Positions 28,213 to 39,300 of a stretch of DNA of 64,000 nucleotides are shown piece after piece. Position numbers and translations under genes: made by a program. The notes under the pieces were generated by a model. It ran no database searches, was not told the origin of the DNA, and saw nothing but the letters and a program-made list of their open reading frames with translations. This DNA is from a bacterium (GTDB lineage Bacteria > UBA8248): positions 544,001-608,000 of the forward strand of contig OY843592.1 in assembly GCA_963692865.2 (NCBI GenBank), read 5' to 3'. Position 1 is the stretch's first letter; each line of letters opens with the position of its first letter.

Positions 28213-29094
28213 ATGTCCACCATCACACCGCTTTTGAACATCGTCTTTCCGGTCATGGCGGTGATCGGCATCGGCTACTTCTACGGGCGGTGGAAACAGT
28301 TCGACCCCAAAGTGCTGGCCGAGCTCGTCCTGTTCCTGCTCGCCCCCGCCGTGATGTTCGACGCCCTCGCGCGCCAGCATATCGTGTGGGGCGAGTTGAT
28401 GAAGGCGGGCGTCTTCTCCACGCTCATCCAGGTCATCCCGGGCGGGGTCGCCCTTGCCGTCAAGCGCGCGGCGGGCATGACGAACCGATCCTTCGTGCCC
28501 AGCGTGATGCTCATGAACTCCGTCTCGCTGCCCTATCCCCTGGCGCTCCTTGCCTTCGGCGAAGAGGGCCTCGCCCAGACGGTGCTGCTCTCCATACCGA
28601 ACGTCTTCATCTCCTTCACGCTGGGGATCATGGCCTACGGCGGGAGCGCCGACGTCAGGGAGCCGCTCAAGATGCCCGCCCTCTACGCGGCGGTTGCGGG
28701 CATCGTCGTGGCGCTGGCGGCGATTCCCGTGCCCAAATTCATCCTGCGCTTCTCGCACCTGACCGGGCGCGGCATGTTCCCGGTGGAGCTCTTCACGCTG
28801 GGCTACCGGCTCCGCACCATCCGGGCGTCTGATTTCAGAATCAGCCTCCTCGTGGCGGCGCTCAGGTTCGGGCTCGGGTTCGCGCTCGCCTGGTCGCTCT
28901 CCGAGGCCTTCGCGCTCACCGGCGCGTTCCGCGCGTCGCTCTTCCTGATGTCGTGCAGCCCGCCCGCCGTGCTGAACTACATTTTCGCCGAGCGCTATTG
29001 CGATGAAGGCTCGCTGGCCGCCTCCATCGTGTTCACGGGCACGGCGCTGAGCCTCATCTTCATACCCCTGCTTCTGCTCTATCTGGGGGTGTAA
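28213..29094 (+). CDS. AEC (auxin efflux carrier-like) family transporter
   Basis: About 10 TM segments, PYPLALLAFGEEG, PPAVLNYIFAERY. Confidence 0.85.
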   Translation: MSTITPLLNIVFPVMAVIGIGYFYGRWKQFDPKVLAELVLFLLAPAVMFDALARQHIVWGELMKAGVFSTLIQVIPGGVALAVKRAAGMTNRSFVPSVMLMNSVSLPYPLALLAFGEEGLAQTVLLSIPNVFISFTLGIMAYGGSADVREPLKMPALYAAVAGIVVALAAIPVPKFILRFSHLTGRGMFPVELFTLGYRLRTIRASDFRISLLVAALRFGLGFALAWSLSEAFALTGAFRASLFLMSCSPPAVLNYIFAERYCDEGSLAASIVFTGTALSLIFIPLLLLYLGV

Positions 29095-29136
29095 TAAGGG
29101 CAGGGATTGTTGACGAACCACAGTCATGCAGCCGTT

Positions 29137-29315
29137 AGGGGGTTGTTGAAAAAGCCCCGTATGCGGTCCCTGTGCGCCCCCCGAATGACGACTGTAGGGG
29201 CGGGCCTCCGTGCCCGCCCGTCGGACATATTCACCCCGGAATAGGACAGGCACGGAGGCCTGTCCCTACAACGAACGATCTCGAAAATTCATGCAGAGAG
29301 TTTTGCAACAACCCC
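29137..29315. repeat. Family D shell with inverted GTAG REP pair
   Basis: GTAGGGGCGGGCCTCCGTGCCCGCCC ... GGACAGGCACGGAGGCCTGTCCCTAC. Confidence 0.7.
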
Positions 29316-29342
29316 TCATCAGTCGCGTCGAACACTCAATCA

Positions 29343-30056
29343 TCAATCGCGTTCGACCCCCCGGCCGGCCTTTTCCTTGAGCCAAAGCCTCAAGGGATCC
29401 TGAAAATAGACCGCCGCCGCCCCGATGATCACCATGATCACCAGAAGCGCGACCACCATGCCGTATTGCTCCTCGTACATCCCCGCCCCCTGGATGCCGA
29501 GCATGATGGTACCGGGAATTCTCCCCAGACACGCGATGATCACGAACGTCAGGGTCTTGAGGGGGCTCAGTCCCAAGAGGTAGCACATGTAGTCCTTGGG
29601 AAAGCCGGGTATCGAGAAGAAGACGAAGGCGAGAAACGCGCCCCTGTTCGTGATGAGGAAATCGAACTTGTCCAGAATCCTGGGCGGGATGAGCTTTTCC
29701 ACGAAGGGACGCCCGAGCTTCCGCCCGATGCAGAACGCGAGGAAGCTGCCTATCGTCAGGCCGATGGTGCTCAAGATCGTCGCCGTGAGCGCGCCGTAGA
29801 CGTAGCCACCCAGAAAGCCCGTCAACTCCCCCGGTATGGGCGAGAAGACCACCTGGAACACCTGCACGCCGATGAACACGGCCGGACCCCATGGGCCGAA
29901 GGAGTAAATCCAGTCCCTGAATTTTTCCTTCTGGTGGTGGAGCTGCAGAAGATACGCCCAGGCGTCGTCTATCTGCCCCCAGAAGAGGTAGGCGAGCAAC
30001 GCCGCCGCCAGCAGGCACAGCGCCGCCGCCCACAGGATTTTCCCGTTGCCGTTCAA
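29343..30056 (-). CDS. TVP38/TMEM64 (DedA/VTT) membrane protein
   Basis: FSPIPGELTGFLGGYVYG, PGFPKDYMCYLLGLS, GRIPG. Confidence 0.87.
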   Translation of the reverse strand: MNGNGKILWAAALCLLAAALLAYLFWGQIDDAWAYLLQLHHQKEKFRDWIYSFGPWGPAVFIGVQVFQVVFSPIPGELTGFLGGYVYGALTATILSTIGLTIGSFLAFCIGRKLGRPFVEKLIPPRILDKFDFLITNRGAFLAFVFFSIPGFPKDYMCYLLGLSPLKTLTFVIIACLGRIPGTIMLGIQGAGMYEEQYGMVVALLVIMVIIGAAAVYFQDPLRLWLKEKAGRGVERD

Positions 30057-30233
30057 CTGAGGCTTCCCTTTTGAGGGCGATCAAATACTTAAATCGACGC
30101 GAATCAATACATACCACCAAATCCTCCGCATGAGTAACAAAAAATCTCCTATCATTGCAATTGTTGACAAGAGAACCGCTCGCGTCCCAAGATCGGTGGT
30201 TCACGAGACATGCTTGGAATGATTGGAGAAAAG

Positions 30234-31475
30234 ATGGCAGATGCCCGCCCGAACGCGCATAACGAGAACAGGGGCACAGACTCCGCGCACCCGGTGGAGC
30301 TTCGCATGAGCGCGATGGAGCTTACGAGCGCCGCCAAGGAACGCGCTCTCGCGCACGGCTTCGACTTGGCCGCCGTCGCCCCGCCCGGCCTGGGCGAGGC
30401 GCACGGACGGTATCTCGAATGGATCGAACGCGGCTATGCGGGCGAGATGAGCTATCTGAGCAGAAACCCCTACGTGCGCGGCGACTTGCGCCGCCTCTGG
30501 CCGGAGACCCGCGCGGTACTGGTCGTCGCCATGCAGTACAAGCCCGAGCGCGAGACGCCTCATATGGAGGGAGGGGGAAAAATCGCGCGCTACGCCCACG
30601 GCGGGGATTACCACAAGTTCATGAAGAAAAGGCTCATCCGCGTCCTGCGCGACCTGAAGGAGATCGATCCGGGGGTTGAGGGCAGAAGCTACGTGGACAC
30701 CGGCCCCCTGCTCGAGCGCGACCTCGCCGTCCTGGCGGGCCTGGGCTGGAAAGGGAAGAACTCGCTGCTCCTCTCGCGCCGGCTCGGGAGTTATTTCTTC
30801 CTGGGCTGCCTTCTCCTGAACAGGGCGCTGGAAGCGGATGCGCCCTTTTATGAGGAGCACTGCGGCACGTGCACGCGCTGCATCGACGATTGTCCGACGG
30901 ACGCCATCGTCGCGCCCGGCGTGGTGGACGCGCGCCGCTGCATCTCCTATCTCACCATCGAACTCAGAGGCCCGATTCCCAGAGAGCTCCGCGCTCTCAT
31001 AGGCGCGCACATTTTCGGCTGCGACATCTGCCAGGAGGTCTGCCCTTGGAACGACGACGCGCCCCATGCGCGCGAGCCGAGGTTCGACCCCCGCCCGGCG
31101 GCGCTGGAGCCCAATCTGCACGAGTTCGCCGCAATGGACGAGAGGCGGTTCCAGAAGGCGTTTCGCGGCACGCCCGTCATGCGCGCGCGCTACGGGGGGT
31201 TTTTGAGAAACGTCATCGTCGCCATCGGCAACACGGGCGGTGACGAGAGCATCGAAATCCTCTCGCGCGCCCTCGAGCACCGAGAACCCCTGGCCCGCGG
31301 CCACGCCGCCTGGGCGCTCGCCCGGGTCGGCAAAAGAATACGCGACGAACGCCCGCGCCTGGCCCTCGAAGCCAGGCTGGAAGTCGAAAGAGACGCCTGG
31401 GTGCGCGAGGAGATCGAACTGGCCCTCGGCGAATGCTCATTGCTCTCGCTGCCAATAGTGGGATGGGAGGAGTGA
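30234..31475 (+). CDS. queG: Epoxyqueuosine reductase QueG (start may be 30306)
   Basis: IARYAHGGDYH, YVDTGPLLER, CGTCTRCIDDCPT, CISYLTIE, FGCDICQEVCPWN. Confidence 0.93.
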   Translation: MADARPNAHNENRGTDSAHPVELRMSAMELTSAAKERALAHGFDLAAVAPPGLGEAHGRYLEWIERGYAGEMSYLSRNPYVRGDLRRLWPETRAVLVVAMQYKPERETPHMEGGGKIARYAHGGDYHKFMKKRLIRVLRDLKEIDPGVEGRSYVDTGPLLERDLAVLAGLGWKGKNSLLLSRRLGSYFFLGCLLLNRALEADAPFYEEHCGTCTRCIDDCPTDAIVAPGVVDARRCISYLTIELRGPIPRELRALIGAHIFGCDICQEVCPWNDDAPHAREPRFDPRPAALEPNLHEFAAMDERRFQKAFRGTPVMRARYGGFLRNVIVAIGNTGGDESIEILSRALEHREPLARGHAAWALARVGKRIRDERPRLALEARLEVERDAWVREEIELALGECSLLSLPIVGWEE

Positions 31476-31699
31476 GGAACAAGCAAGTCCGCTTGTAAAA
31501 ACTCTCCTCGGTCTGGTCCCTTCTCTCGACTTCTCCGTTTGGCGCGATGCGCTGTTGTCGAAATCTCGAACGGCCGGCCGGATTTCTTCCCTCTCCACCC
31601 CTCCCAACGTTCCGGCGTTCTCGCTCGTGTGCTAGAATCTTGGGCCTCTAACGACAACTCGGCAGTTGCAAACCGGTTCAGACACGATGGGAGCGCGCC

Positions 31700-32503
31700 A
31701 TGAAAACCGTATCCGTGAACGGAATCGATATCGCCTACCAGGAATCGGGGAGCGGGCCGCCGCTCCTGCTCCTGCACGGCTTTTCGCTGGATCACACCAT
31801 CTGGGCGCCGCAGGTCGAGACGCTGCAAAGAAGCTACCGGCTCCTGGTCCCCGACCTGCGCGGCATGGGGCGCACGCCGCATTCGGGCGGCCCCATATCG
31901 GTCGCGATGATGGCCGACGACATGGCGGCGTTCCTGGGCGCGCTCGACATAAACGCCGCCGCCGTGGCGGGGTTTTCGCTGGGCGGCTACATCCTCCTGG
32001 AGATGGTGCTCCGCCACCCGCTCAAGGTGCGCGCGTGCGGTTTCATCAGCACCCGGGCGACGGCGGATACCGAAGAAGGAAAGAAGGTGCGGCTGCAGCA
32101 CATGCAGACCGTCATCGACGAGGGGATGGCGGGCTTTGCCGGGCACTTCATCGAAAGCCTGTTCGCGCCCGCCTACATCGCCTCCCATCCGCTCGAAATC
32201 GAGGCCACGCAGAAGGTCGTGCTCTCCCAGATCCCGGATTCCATCGCTTCGCTCATCGACGCGCTCAGGAGGCGCGAGGAGCTGACGCCGCGCCTCGGCG
32301 AAATCGCCGTCCCCTGCGTCGTGTTCGGCGGCACGGGCGACGCGCTGGTGCCGCACGCGCAGATGACCGCCCTGCACGAAGGGCTGAGCGATTCCGTCAT
32401 CGAGCTGGTCGAAGGCGCCGGCCACACGACTCCGTTCGAGTGCGCGGATCGCGTGAGCTTCCAGCTCGACCAGATGATGCAGCGCGCGGGCATGTGGATG
32501 TAG
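31700..32503 (+). CDS. Alpha/beta hydrolase (PcaD-like)
   Basis: LLHGF, PDLRGMG, GFSLGG, GAGH. Confidence 0.87.
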   Translation: MKTVSVNGIDIAYQESGSGPPLLLLHGFSLDHTIWAPQVETLQRSYRLLVPDLRGMGRTPHSGGPISVAMMADDMAAFLGALDINAAAVAGFSLGGYILLEMVLRHPLKVRACGFISTRATADTEEGKKVRLQHMQTVIDEGMAGFAGHFIESLFAPAYIASHPLEIEATQKVVLSQIPDSIASLIDALRRREELTPRLGEIAVPCVVFGGTGDALVPHAQMTALHEGLSDSVIELVEGAGHTTPFECADRVSFQLDQMMQRAGMWM

Positions 32504-32710
32504 GCTTGGCGCAAGGGGTTGTTGAAGAAGATCCCGCAAAAATGGATTTCTCAGTCGGCATACGCTGATGAAATGGCTCCCTCCTTGAAGGTGCTCGGCA
32601 ACTGATGAAGAAAGCAGAAACACTCCCCCATTGAGGGGGAGTGATTTCTAGTCAACAAGGATATTTTCAAGGAAGCTAATCTGTAGAGGACTTCCTCAAC
32701 ACTCCGTTTA

Positions 32711-33550
32711 CTACCCCCAGCTAACCCTCTCCCTCAGCCAGTCGATCTGCGCTGCCGGAGCGGCGAGGACGGGCTCGGTCGCGCGGCGTCCGTCGGCGAG
32801 GGCGGCGTAGTCGATTTCCGCTCCTGAAAAGTAGCGTACGCTTCCCCCCGCGCGCTCATAGACGAGTGCGGCGGCGGCGAAGTCATACGCGCGTATCGGC
32901 TCCATCAGCGTCCCGAAGGCCGAACCCGCCGCCGTCAGGCAGACGTGGCAGGCGGCGGAGGCCAACGCGAGAAAGCGTCCGGGATAGCGATGCGAGAGCC
33001 CCGCTACTTCGCCGCACGGAACGAAGAGATAATCGTGCCCGGTGGGAGTCTCCTGACCGACTTGCGGCAGCGGCAAGCCGTTCCTCATCGCGGGGCCTGA
33101 AGTTCCGGCTGTGAAGGTCTCACCCAGCGCCGGCATGTGGACGACGCCCGCCTCCACGCGACTGCCCGCTAAACAAGCAATAGAGACCGCCCAGAAGGGG
33201 AGTCCTTTCAGATAGGGGCCGGTGCCGTCGATGGGGTCTATCGCCCACCAGCGCGTATCGGGGCCGATACCGCCCGCGCCGCTCGCGCCGCTTTCTTCCG
33301 CGAGTATGGGGTCGCCTGGATACGTCTTTCGGATCTCCTCGATGATGATGCGTTCGACCTCCCTGTCGGCGCGCGAGACGATGCTGCGCCCTTTGGGTTC
33401 GGCCTCTACGCGGCCTTTCAACTCCATCGCGCGCGCGCCCGCCTTGCGAGCGGTCTCTTCGATGAACGAAACGACGCCTGACACCGGGATTCTCCCATCT
33501 CTCAAAGTTGCGAGTACGCGCATGATGGAGGAGCCTATGCTCCATGACAA
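32711..33550 (-). CDS. Inositol monophosphatase family protein (start uncertain)
   Basis: VSRADREVE, ILAEES, IDPIDGT, YDFAAA. Confidence 0.85.
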   Translation of the reverse strand: MSWSIGSSIMRVLATLRDGRIPVSGVVSFIEETARKAGARAMELKGRVEAEPKGRSIVSRADREVERIIIEEIRKTYPGDPILAEESGASGAGGIGPDTRWWAIDPIDGTGPYLKGLPFWAVSIACLAGSRVEAGVVHMPALGETFTAGTSGPAMRNGLPLPQVGQETPTGHDYLFVPCGEVAGLSHRYPGRFLALASAACHVCLTAAGSAFGTLMEPIRAYDFAAAALVYERAGGSVRYFSGAEIDYAALADGRRATEPVLAAPAAQIDWLRERVSWG

Positions 33551-33659
33551 GGACGGACGGGCGCGAGGCCTGAATCATCGACAAAAGACGGATGAATTGT
33601 TAAAAGAGGGAAATTTTCGCTCGCTTCCAGAGAAGCCCAAAGATACAGGAGACTTGTCC

Positions 33660-34097
33660 ATGCCATTCGCCCGTACCCATCGACTCACCACCAGGGGGGC
33701 CAAGCAGATGATGGCCGCCGCCATCGCCAAGGCGGAGGAGTTCGGCATCCCCGTCACCGTGGCCATCGCCGACGCGGGCGGACACCTCGTCCTGCTCGAG
33801 CGCATGGACGGCGGGCGCTTCCACACCGTTCACTCGTCCACCACCAAGGCGGTCTGCTCGGCGTCGAACAAGCGGCCCACCACCACGCAGGGCGCACAGG
33901 CGCAGCACCTCGACACCGCCCACGCCCTGGGTCTGGCCCTCGCCGCAGGCCCCGAGCGATGGACGGCGATGGAGGGCGGCTTCCCGATTCTTTACGAAGG
34001 AGAATGCCTGGGCGGCATCGGCGTGAGCGGGGGCGACTGGGAGCAGGACGAGGCCATCGCGCGCGTGGCTGTCGAGGCGGTGGGCGCTTCTTTCTGA
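33660..34097 (+). CDS. GlcG/HbpS heme-binding protein
   Basis: VTVAIADAGGHLVLLERMDG, GGFPI, GGIGVSGG..QDEAIA. Confidence 0.88.
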   Translation: MPFARTHRLTTRGAKQMMAAAIAKAEEFGIPVTVAIADAGGHLVLLERMDGGRFHTVHSSTTKAVCSASNKRPTTTQGAQAQHLDTAHALGLALAAGPERWTAMEGGFPILYEGECLGGIGVSGGDWEQDEAIARVAVEAVGASF

Positions 34098-34204
34098 TTC
34101 GGCGGTGCGGTTCAGGCGGCTCATGGCGCGCAGCGTCTCCGCGAGAACCCGCAAGAACATCTCTCATCCCTCATACCGTCACCAGATGAAGGAGTCATAC
34201 CAAA

Positions 34205-35218
34205 ATGAGTTCAAAACCCCTGAAGGTGGCCGCACTCGGCATGGGCTGGTGGTCGGACGTCCTGGCCGACGCCATCGGCAGAACCGACAAAATCGAGATC
34301 GCCGCCTGCTTCACGCGCTCGGAAGACAAACGCGCGGCCTTCGCCGAGAAATACGGCTGCGAGGCGGCGGGGAGCTACGAGGAAATCTTGGCGGACGATT
34401 CGGTGGAGGCCGTCATCAACACCACGCCCAACCACGTCCACCTGGAAACCACCAAGGCGGCGGCGGAAGCGGGCAAGCACGTTTTTCTCGACAAACCCAT
34501 CGCCCACACGGTCTCGGACGGCAAGGCGCTCACGCGCGCGTGCGCGGAGGCGGGCGTGGTGCTCGCCATCGGCTATCAGCGGCGGCGGGAGAACCACTTC
34601 CGCTGGATCAGGAACAAGATCGACGCGGGCGAATTCGGCAGGCTCGTGCAGGCGGAGTGCAACATCAGCAGGGACCGGGAGGGCCAGTTCGAGCTCGGCC
34701 ACTGGCGCTACCAGGCGGACGCGATGCCGGGCGGCGTCATGCTCCAGATAGGCATCCACTACACCGACGTGCTGACCTACCTCATGGGGCCGGTCGCCGC
34801 CGTATCGGGCCGCACGGCCCAACTCGTACTCCCCGGCGACAACCCCGACGTGGCGAACCTCATCCTCGAGCACGAATCGGGCGCCATCTCGAACCTGACG
34901 GCGAGCTACGCCTCGGCGTCGGAGTATTACCTCATGAACATCTACGGGAAGACGGCCACGGCCTATTACACGCTATTCGACGGCCTGCGCGTCCTCTACC
35001 GGGGAGAGAAAGCCCCGCAGGCGGTGGCCTGTGAGAAGAACGACACCATCAAGGAAGAACTCGAGGAATTCGCGGACGCCGTTCGCGGAGGCGCTGCGCC
35101 CGAGATGGAAGGAGACGCCGCCGCGTCCTCACTCGCCGTCATCCGCGCGGGCGTTCGCTCGGCCAAAGAGGGACGCCGGGTGGAGGTGTCCGAAATCCTC
35201 GAAGACGAGAACGAATAG
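34205..35218 (+). CDS. Gfo/Idh/MocA oxidoreductase
   Basis: TTPNHVH, AGKHVFLDKPIA, GYQRR, IGIHYTD. Confidence 0.9.
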   Translation: MSSKPLKVAALGMGWWSDVLADAIGRTDKIEIAACFTRSEDKRAAFAEKYGCEAAGSYEEILADDSVEAVINTTPNHVHLETTKAAAEAGKHVFLDKPIAHTVSDGKALTRACAEAGVVLAIGYQRRRENHFRWIRNKIDAGEFGRLVQAECNISRDREGQFELGHWRYQADAMPGGVMLQIGIHYTDVLTYLMGPVAAVSGRTAQLVLPGDNPDVANLILEHESGAISNLTASYASASEYYLMNIYGKTATAYYTLFDGLRVLYRGEKAPQAVACEKNDTIKEELEEFADAVRGGAAPEMEGDAAASSLAVIRAGVRSAKEGRRVEVSEILEDENE

Positions 35219-35235
35219 CCATTCAAGGAGAAACC

Positions 35236-36033
35236 ATGCCACGCATTCAAGCAGGTGAAATACAGCTCAACTACGCCGAACGGGGAGAGGGAGACGCGTT
35301 CCTGTTCATCCCCGGCCTCATGGGCCTTTTAGACGCCTGGGATTTCCAGATGCCTCATTTCTCGGATCGCTACCGCTGCATCACCTTCGACCACCGGGGC
35401 ACGGGCGAAAGCGACAAGCCCAGGGACGCCTATTCCACGGACTTCATCGCGCAGGACGCGGTCGCCCTTCTCGACACGCTGGGAATCGAGAAGGCCCACG
35501 TGGCGGGCACGTCGACGGGGGGCTGCATACTGCAGAATCTCGCACTCGATTATCCGGACCGGATCAATTGCTGCGTTTTCACCAACACTTGGACGACGGC
35601 GGACCCCTACATGACGCGCCTCCAGACTTCGCGCAAGCAGATCGCCGAAGCCTACGGGCTGGAGGAATACATCAAGTTCAGTTCGCTCTGGACGTGCGGT
35701 TGGACGCAATTCCGGAACATGTACGAGAACCTGCTCGACCTCGAAGCGCGCCAGAAGGAGACCATCGCGCCAGTCGATGTCATCACCGCGCGCCTGGACA
35801 TGACGCTCACCCACGACAGGACGTCCGAGATTCACAAGATCGACAAGCCCTCGCTCATCATCGCCGCGAAGGACGACGCCCTGACCCCGCCCTATTTCGC
35901 CCAAGACCTGCAAAAGGCGATAGCGGGTTCGAAGCTCGTGACTCTCGAAGAGGGGGGCCACTACAGCTACCGCCGCTCCCACACGGAATGGAACGCGGCG
36001 GTGGATGCGTTCCTGGCCGAAGCGGGTGGTTAG
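35236..36033 (+). CDS. Alpha/beta hydrolase (RutD-like)
   Basis: FDHRGTG, GTSTGG, AKDDALTP, EGGH. Confidence 0.82.
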   Translation: MPRIQAGEIQLNYAERGEGDAFLFIPGLMGLLDAWDFQMPHFSDRYRCITFDHRGTGESDKPRDAYSTDFIAQDAVALLDTLGIEKAHVAGTSTGGCILQNLALDYPDRINCCVFTNTWTTADPYMTRLQTSRKQIAEAYGLEEYIKFSSLWTCGWTQFRNMYENLLDLEARQKETIAPVDVITARLDMTLTHDRTSEIHKIDKPSLIIAAKDDALTPPYFAQDLQKAIAGSKLVTLEEGGHYSYRRSHTEWNAAVDAFLAEAGG

Positions 36034-36342
36034 GGGTTGTTGAAAAAGCCTCTTGAGGGGGAGTGATTTGTAAACGTAGGGGCCGTTCGCGAACGGCCCC
36101 TAGGAAAGACATGATTCCCGTCATTCCGGCGAAAGCCGGAATCCATTTTTACGTTTTTTGCCTTTCGTCAGGGTTCCCGCGTATCGGCGAGGAATGAAAC
36201 ACCGTCTCTCATTCACTCGCATCCGCAAATGGATTCCGGCCTTCGCCGGAATGACGATCAAAAGCGAGGAGCAAAACCACCTTCCCGCATTGGGCGGCGC
36301 TTTTGGGGGTATCACTCTCCTGAAGGACTTTCTCAACCCCCC
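36034..36342. mobile_element. Family D MITE flanked by a TTAG duplication, carrying B/C/A repeats
   Basis: TTAG at 36030-36033 and 36343-36346; internal family A pair is an inverted copy of 61151-61278. Confidence 0.75.
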
Positions 36343-39300
36343 TTAGGCTTCTTCCTCGTCTTCGATCAAGTTGACGGCCTTGCGCGACCGCACGCGCCCG
36401 GACGGCGCGCCGCTTGCGCCGCTGGGTGAAGCGACCGCCGCCCCGGCGGCGAAGCTGGCCGGCCGGATGAGCGCCAGGAAATCCACCCACAACGAGAACA
36501 CGACCGGTATCAGCAGCAGGGTGAATATCGTGGACATGGCCAGTCCGCCCAGGACGGCCGAGCCCAGCCCCCGGTAGAGTTCGCTGCCAGCACCCGATGA
36601 GATCACGAGAGGCAGCATGCCGAGCACGGTCGTCGTGGTCGTCATGAAGATGGGGCGCATCCTGTCGCGCGCGCTCTCCAGAATCGCCTCGCGCATGGGC
36701 AGGCCCGCGCGGAAGTGGTTCAGCGCCTGGTGGACGAGCAGAATCGCGTTGTTCACCACGATGCCCGTCAGGATGATGAAGCCCAGCATGGTGAGCGTGT
36801 CCATCTTCACCGAGGGTTCAATCGTGTTCATGAGGCTCACCATCAGCACCCCGCCCGTGGCGGCGAAGGGCACGCTGAACATGATGATGAGCGGATAGCT
36901 CCACGCCTCGAACAGGGCCGCCATCAGCAGATAGGTGATCAGGAGCGCCAGCAGCAGCGACCACTTGAGCGACGACCAGGTCCGTTCCAGATCCTTCGCC
37001 CGTCCGCTCACGCCCAGCGAATAGCCGAGCGGAAGCGTCTGGCGCATCGGTTCGATGACCTCTTTCTTTATCCTGTCGATCGCCACCTGCAGCGGCAGTT
37101 CGCTCCCGATGTTCACCGTGAGCGTCACGGAGCGGTCGCGGTCGATATGCTCGACCTTCGTCGGCCCGAGCGCCGCCCGCACCCGGGCGATGTCGCCGAG
37201 CGAGACGACCTGTCCCTCGGGCGTATGGACTTTAAGTTCCTCGATCCGCTGCGTCATGGTGAAATCGGAAAGCGGCCCGCGCAGGATAATGTCGAGTTCC
37301 TCTCCGCGGTCGCGGAAAATTCCCGCCTTGGTTCCGTTCACGAGGGTCTCCACGACGCTCCCGAGTTCTGCGACCGACAGGCCGAAATCAGACGCTCTCT
37401 GCCGATCCACGTGCACCTGAAGCTCGGGGTTTCCCAGGTCGAAGCTCGAATTCACGAAGCGCACGCCCCCGAGCCCGCGCGCGCGGGCCCCCACGTCGGC
37501 GGCGATGCGCTGAATCTCGCTCAAGCTGTCTCCCGTGATGTCGACCTTGAGATTGATTCCGCCGATGAAGCCCGCGCCGCGCCGCCGGAACAAGGGCGCC
37601 TGGGTGACGAACGTGCGCACCCCGGGCGTCCCCTGGAGGTCTCTGAACAACTTCCGCACGAGACCGCGCATCGAGTCGAGATCGGCGTATTCCTTCTTGG
37701 CGATGATGCCGATGATGGGGTTTTGCGTTCGCACCACGGCGAAAAACCGGTCGATTTCCTTGACGTGATCGAGCTTCGCCTCCAGGGTTCGCGCGACCTT
37801 GTCCACCTCATCCAAGTTCAGGCCCGCGGGCGTGCGTACGATCACGAACAGGAGGTTGCGGTTGCCTTTCGGCAGATAGTCGATGGGGGGAAAGGACAAG
37901 ACCGCCACGGCGATGGCGCCCGCCGTGATGAGCGCGGCCACGAATACGCGCCTCACCACCCCGCGAAGGAGCCAGCCCAGGGTGGCTACGTAGACCCGCC
38001 GGCAAAGCCTGCCCAGCGCGTACACCCCCAGGATGCGAAAAAAGTGGGTCAGCGGTGAGATCTTCCCCGCGCCGCTCAGGATGCGCGAACTCAGCATGGG
38101 CACCACGGAGATGGATACGATCAGGGATAGCGCCACGGCCACGCTGATGGCGATGGCGATGTCTCGGAAGAGCTGACCAGATTCGTCCTGAACGAACACC
38201 ACCGGCACGAAGACGGCCAGCGTGGTCAGCGTCGAGGCCAGCACCGCCCCCCACACTTCGTGCGCGCCGTCCACGGCGGCGTCCCATTTGCTCTTGCCCA
38301 TCTCGCGGTGGCGGAAGATGTTCTCCAGCACCACGACGGAGTTGTCCACGACCATGCCGACGGCGAACGCCATGCCCGCAAGCGAGATGATGTTGATGGA
38401 ACGGCCCAGAACGAAGATGAAGATGAACGTGGAGACCACGGTAACCGGTATGGCGACCCCGATGATCATCACGCTCGAAAGACTGCCCAGGAACAGGAGC
38501 AGCACGCCTATCGCCAGCGCGCCTCCTATGAATATGTTGTTGATCACCAGGGAGCGGGACTGGTCGATGTAGACGGTCTCGTCATAGACCTGTCTGAGCC
38601 TGATGCCGCGGCCCGCGTAGATGTCGTTGATTTCGGCAATAGCCTTTTTGACCCCCGCCATCACCTCGATGGTGTTGGCGCCGGTTTTTCTCAAGGCTCC
38701 GAAAGCCATGGTAGGCACTTGCCGAAGGCGGATCCGCCGCTGGAGATCGCCGTAATCGAAAGAAACCTTCGCGACGTCGCGAAGGTAGACGGCCCCGTTC
38801 GCGTTTTGCGCGATGATCGTATTGCGCAACTGATCGAGACGAGTGAAGTTGCCCACCGTGCGAACCGAGTAGCGGCGCTTGCCCTCGTCAATCTTCCCCG
38901 CCTTCGTGTTCTTGTTCTCGCGCTGCAAGGCCGTCCTCAGGGCGGATACCGTGATGCCGCGAGCGCTCATGGCCGCGTAATCGAGCGTGACGCGCACCTC
39001 CCTCTCCTGCCCGCCGAACATCCACACCTGACCCACGCCTTCGACGCGTTCGAGCTTGGGGCGGATGACGTTTTCCGCCTCCATGCGAACCTCGTTGATG
39101 GGCAGTTTCGTCTCGACGACCATCCAGGCGATGGGGTTTTCCGCATCGGAGTTGAGCGCGTTGACGGTGGAGCGGTCCGAATCATCGGGCAGGTTGCGCA
39201 CGAGCCCCAGCTTTTCCGAAACGTCGAGCCGGGCCACGTCCTTGTTCACGTCCCAGTCGAATTCGAGAAAGACGCGCGATTTGCCTTCCTCGCTGCGCGA

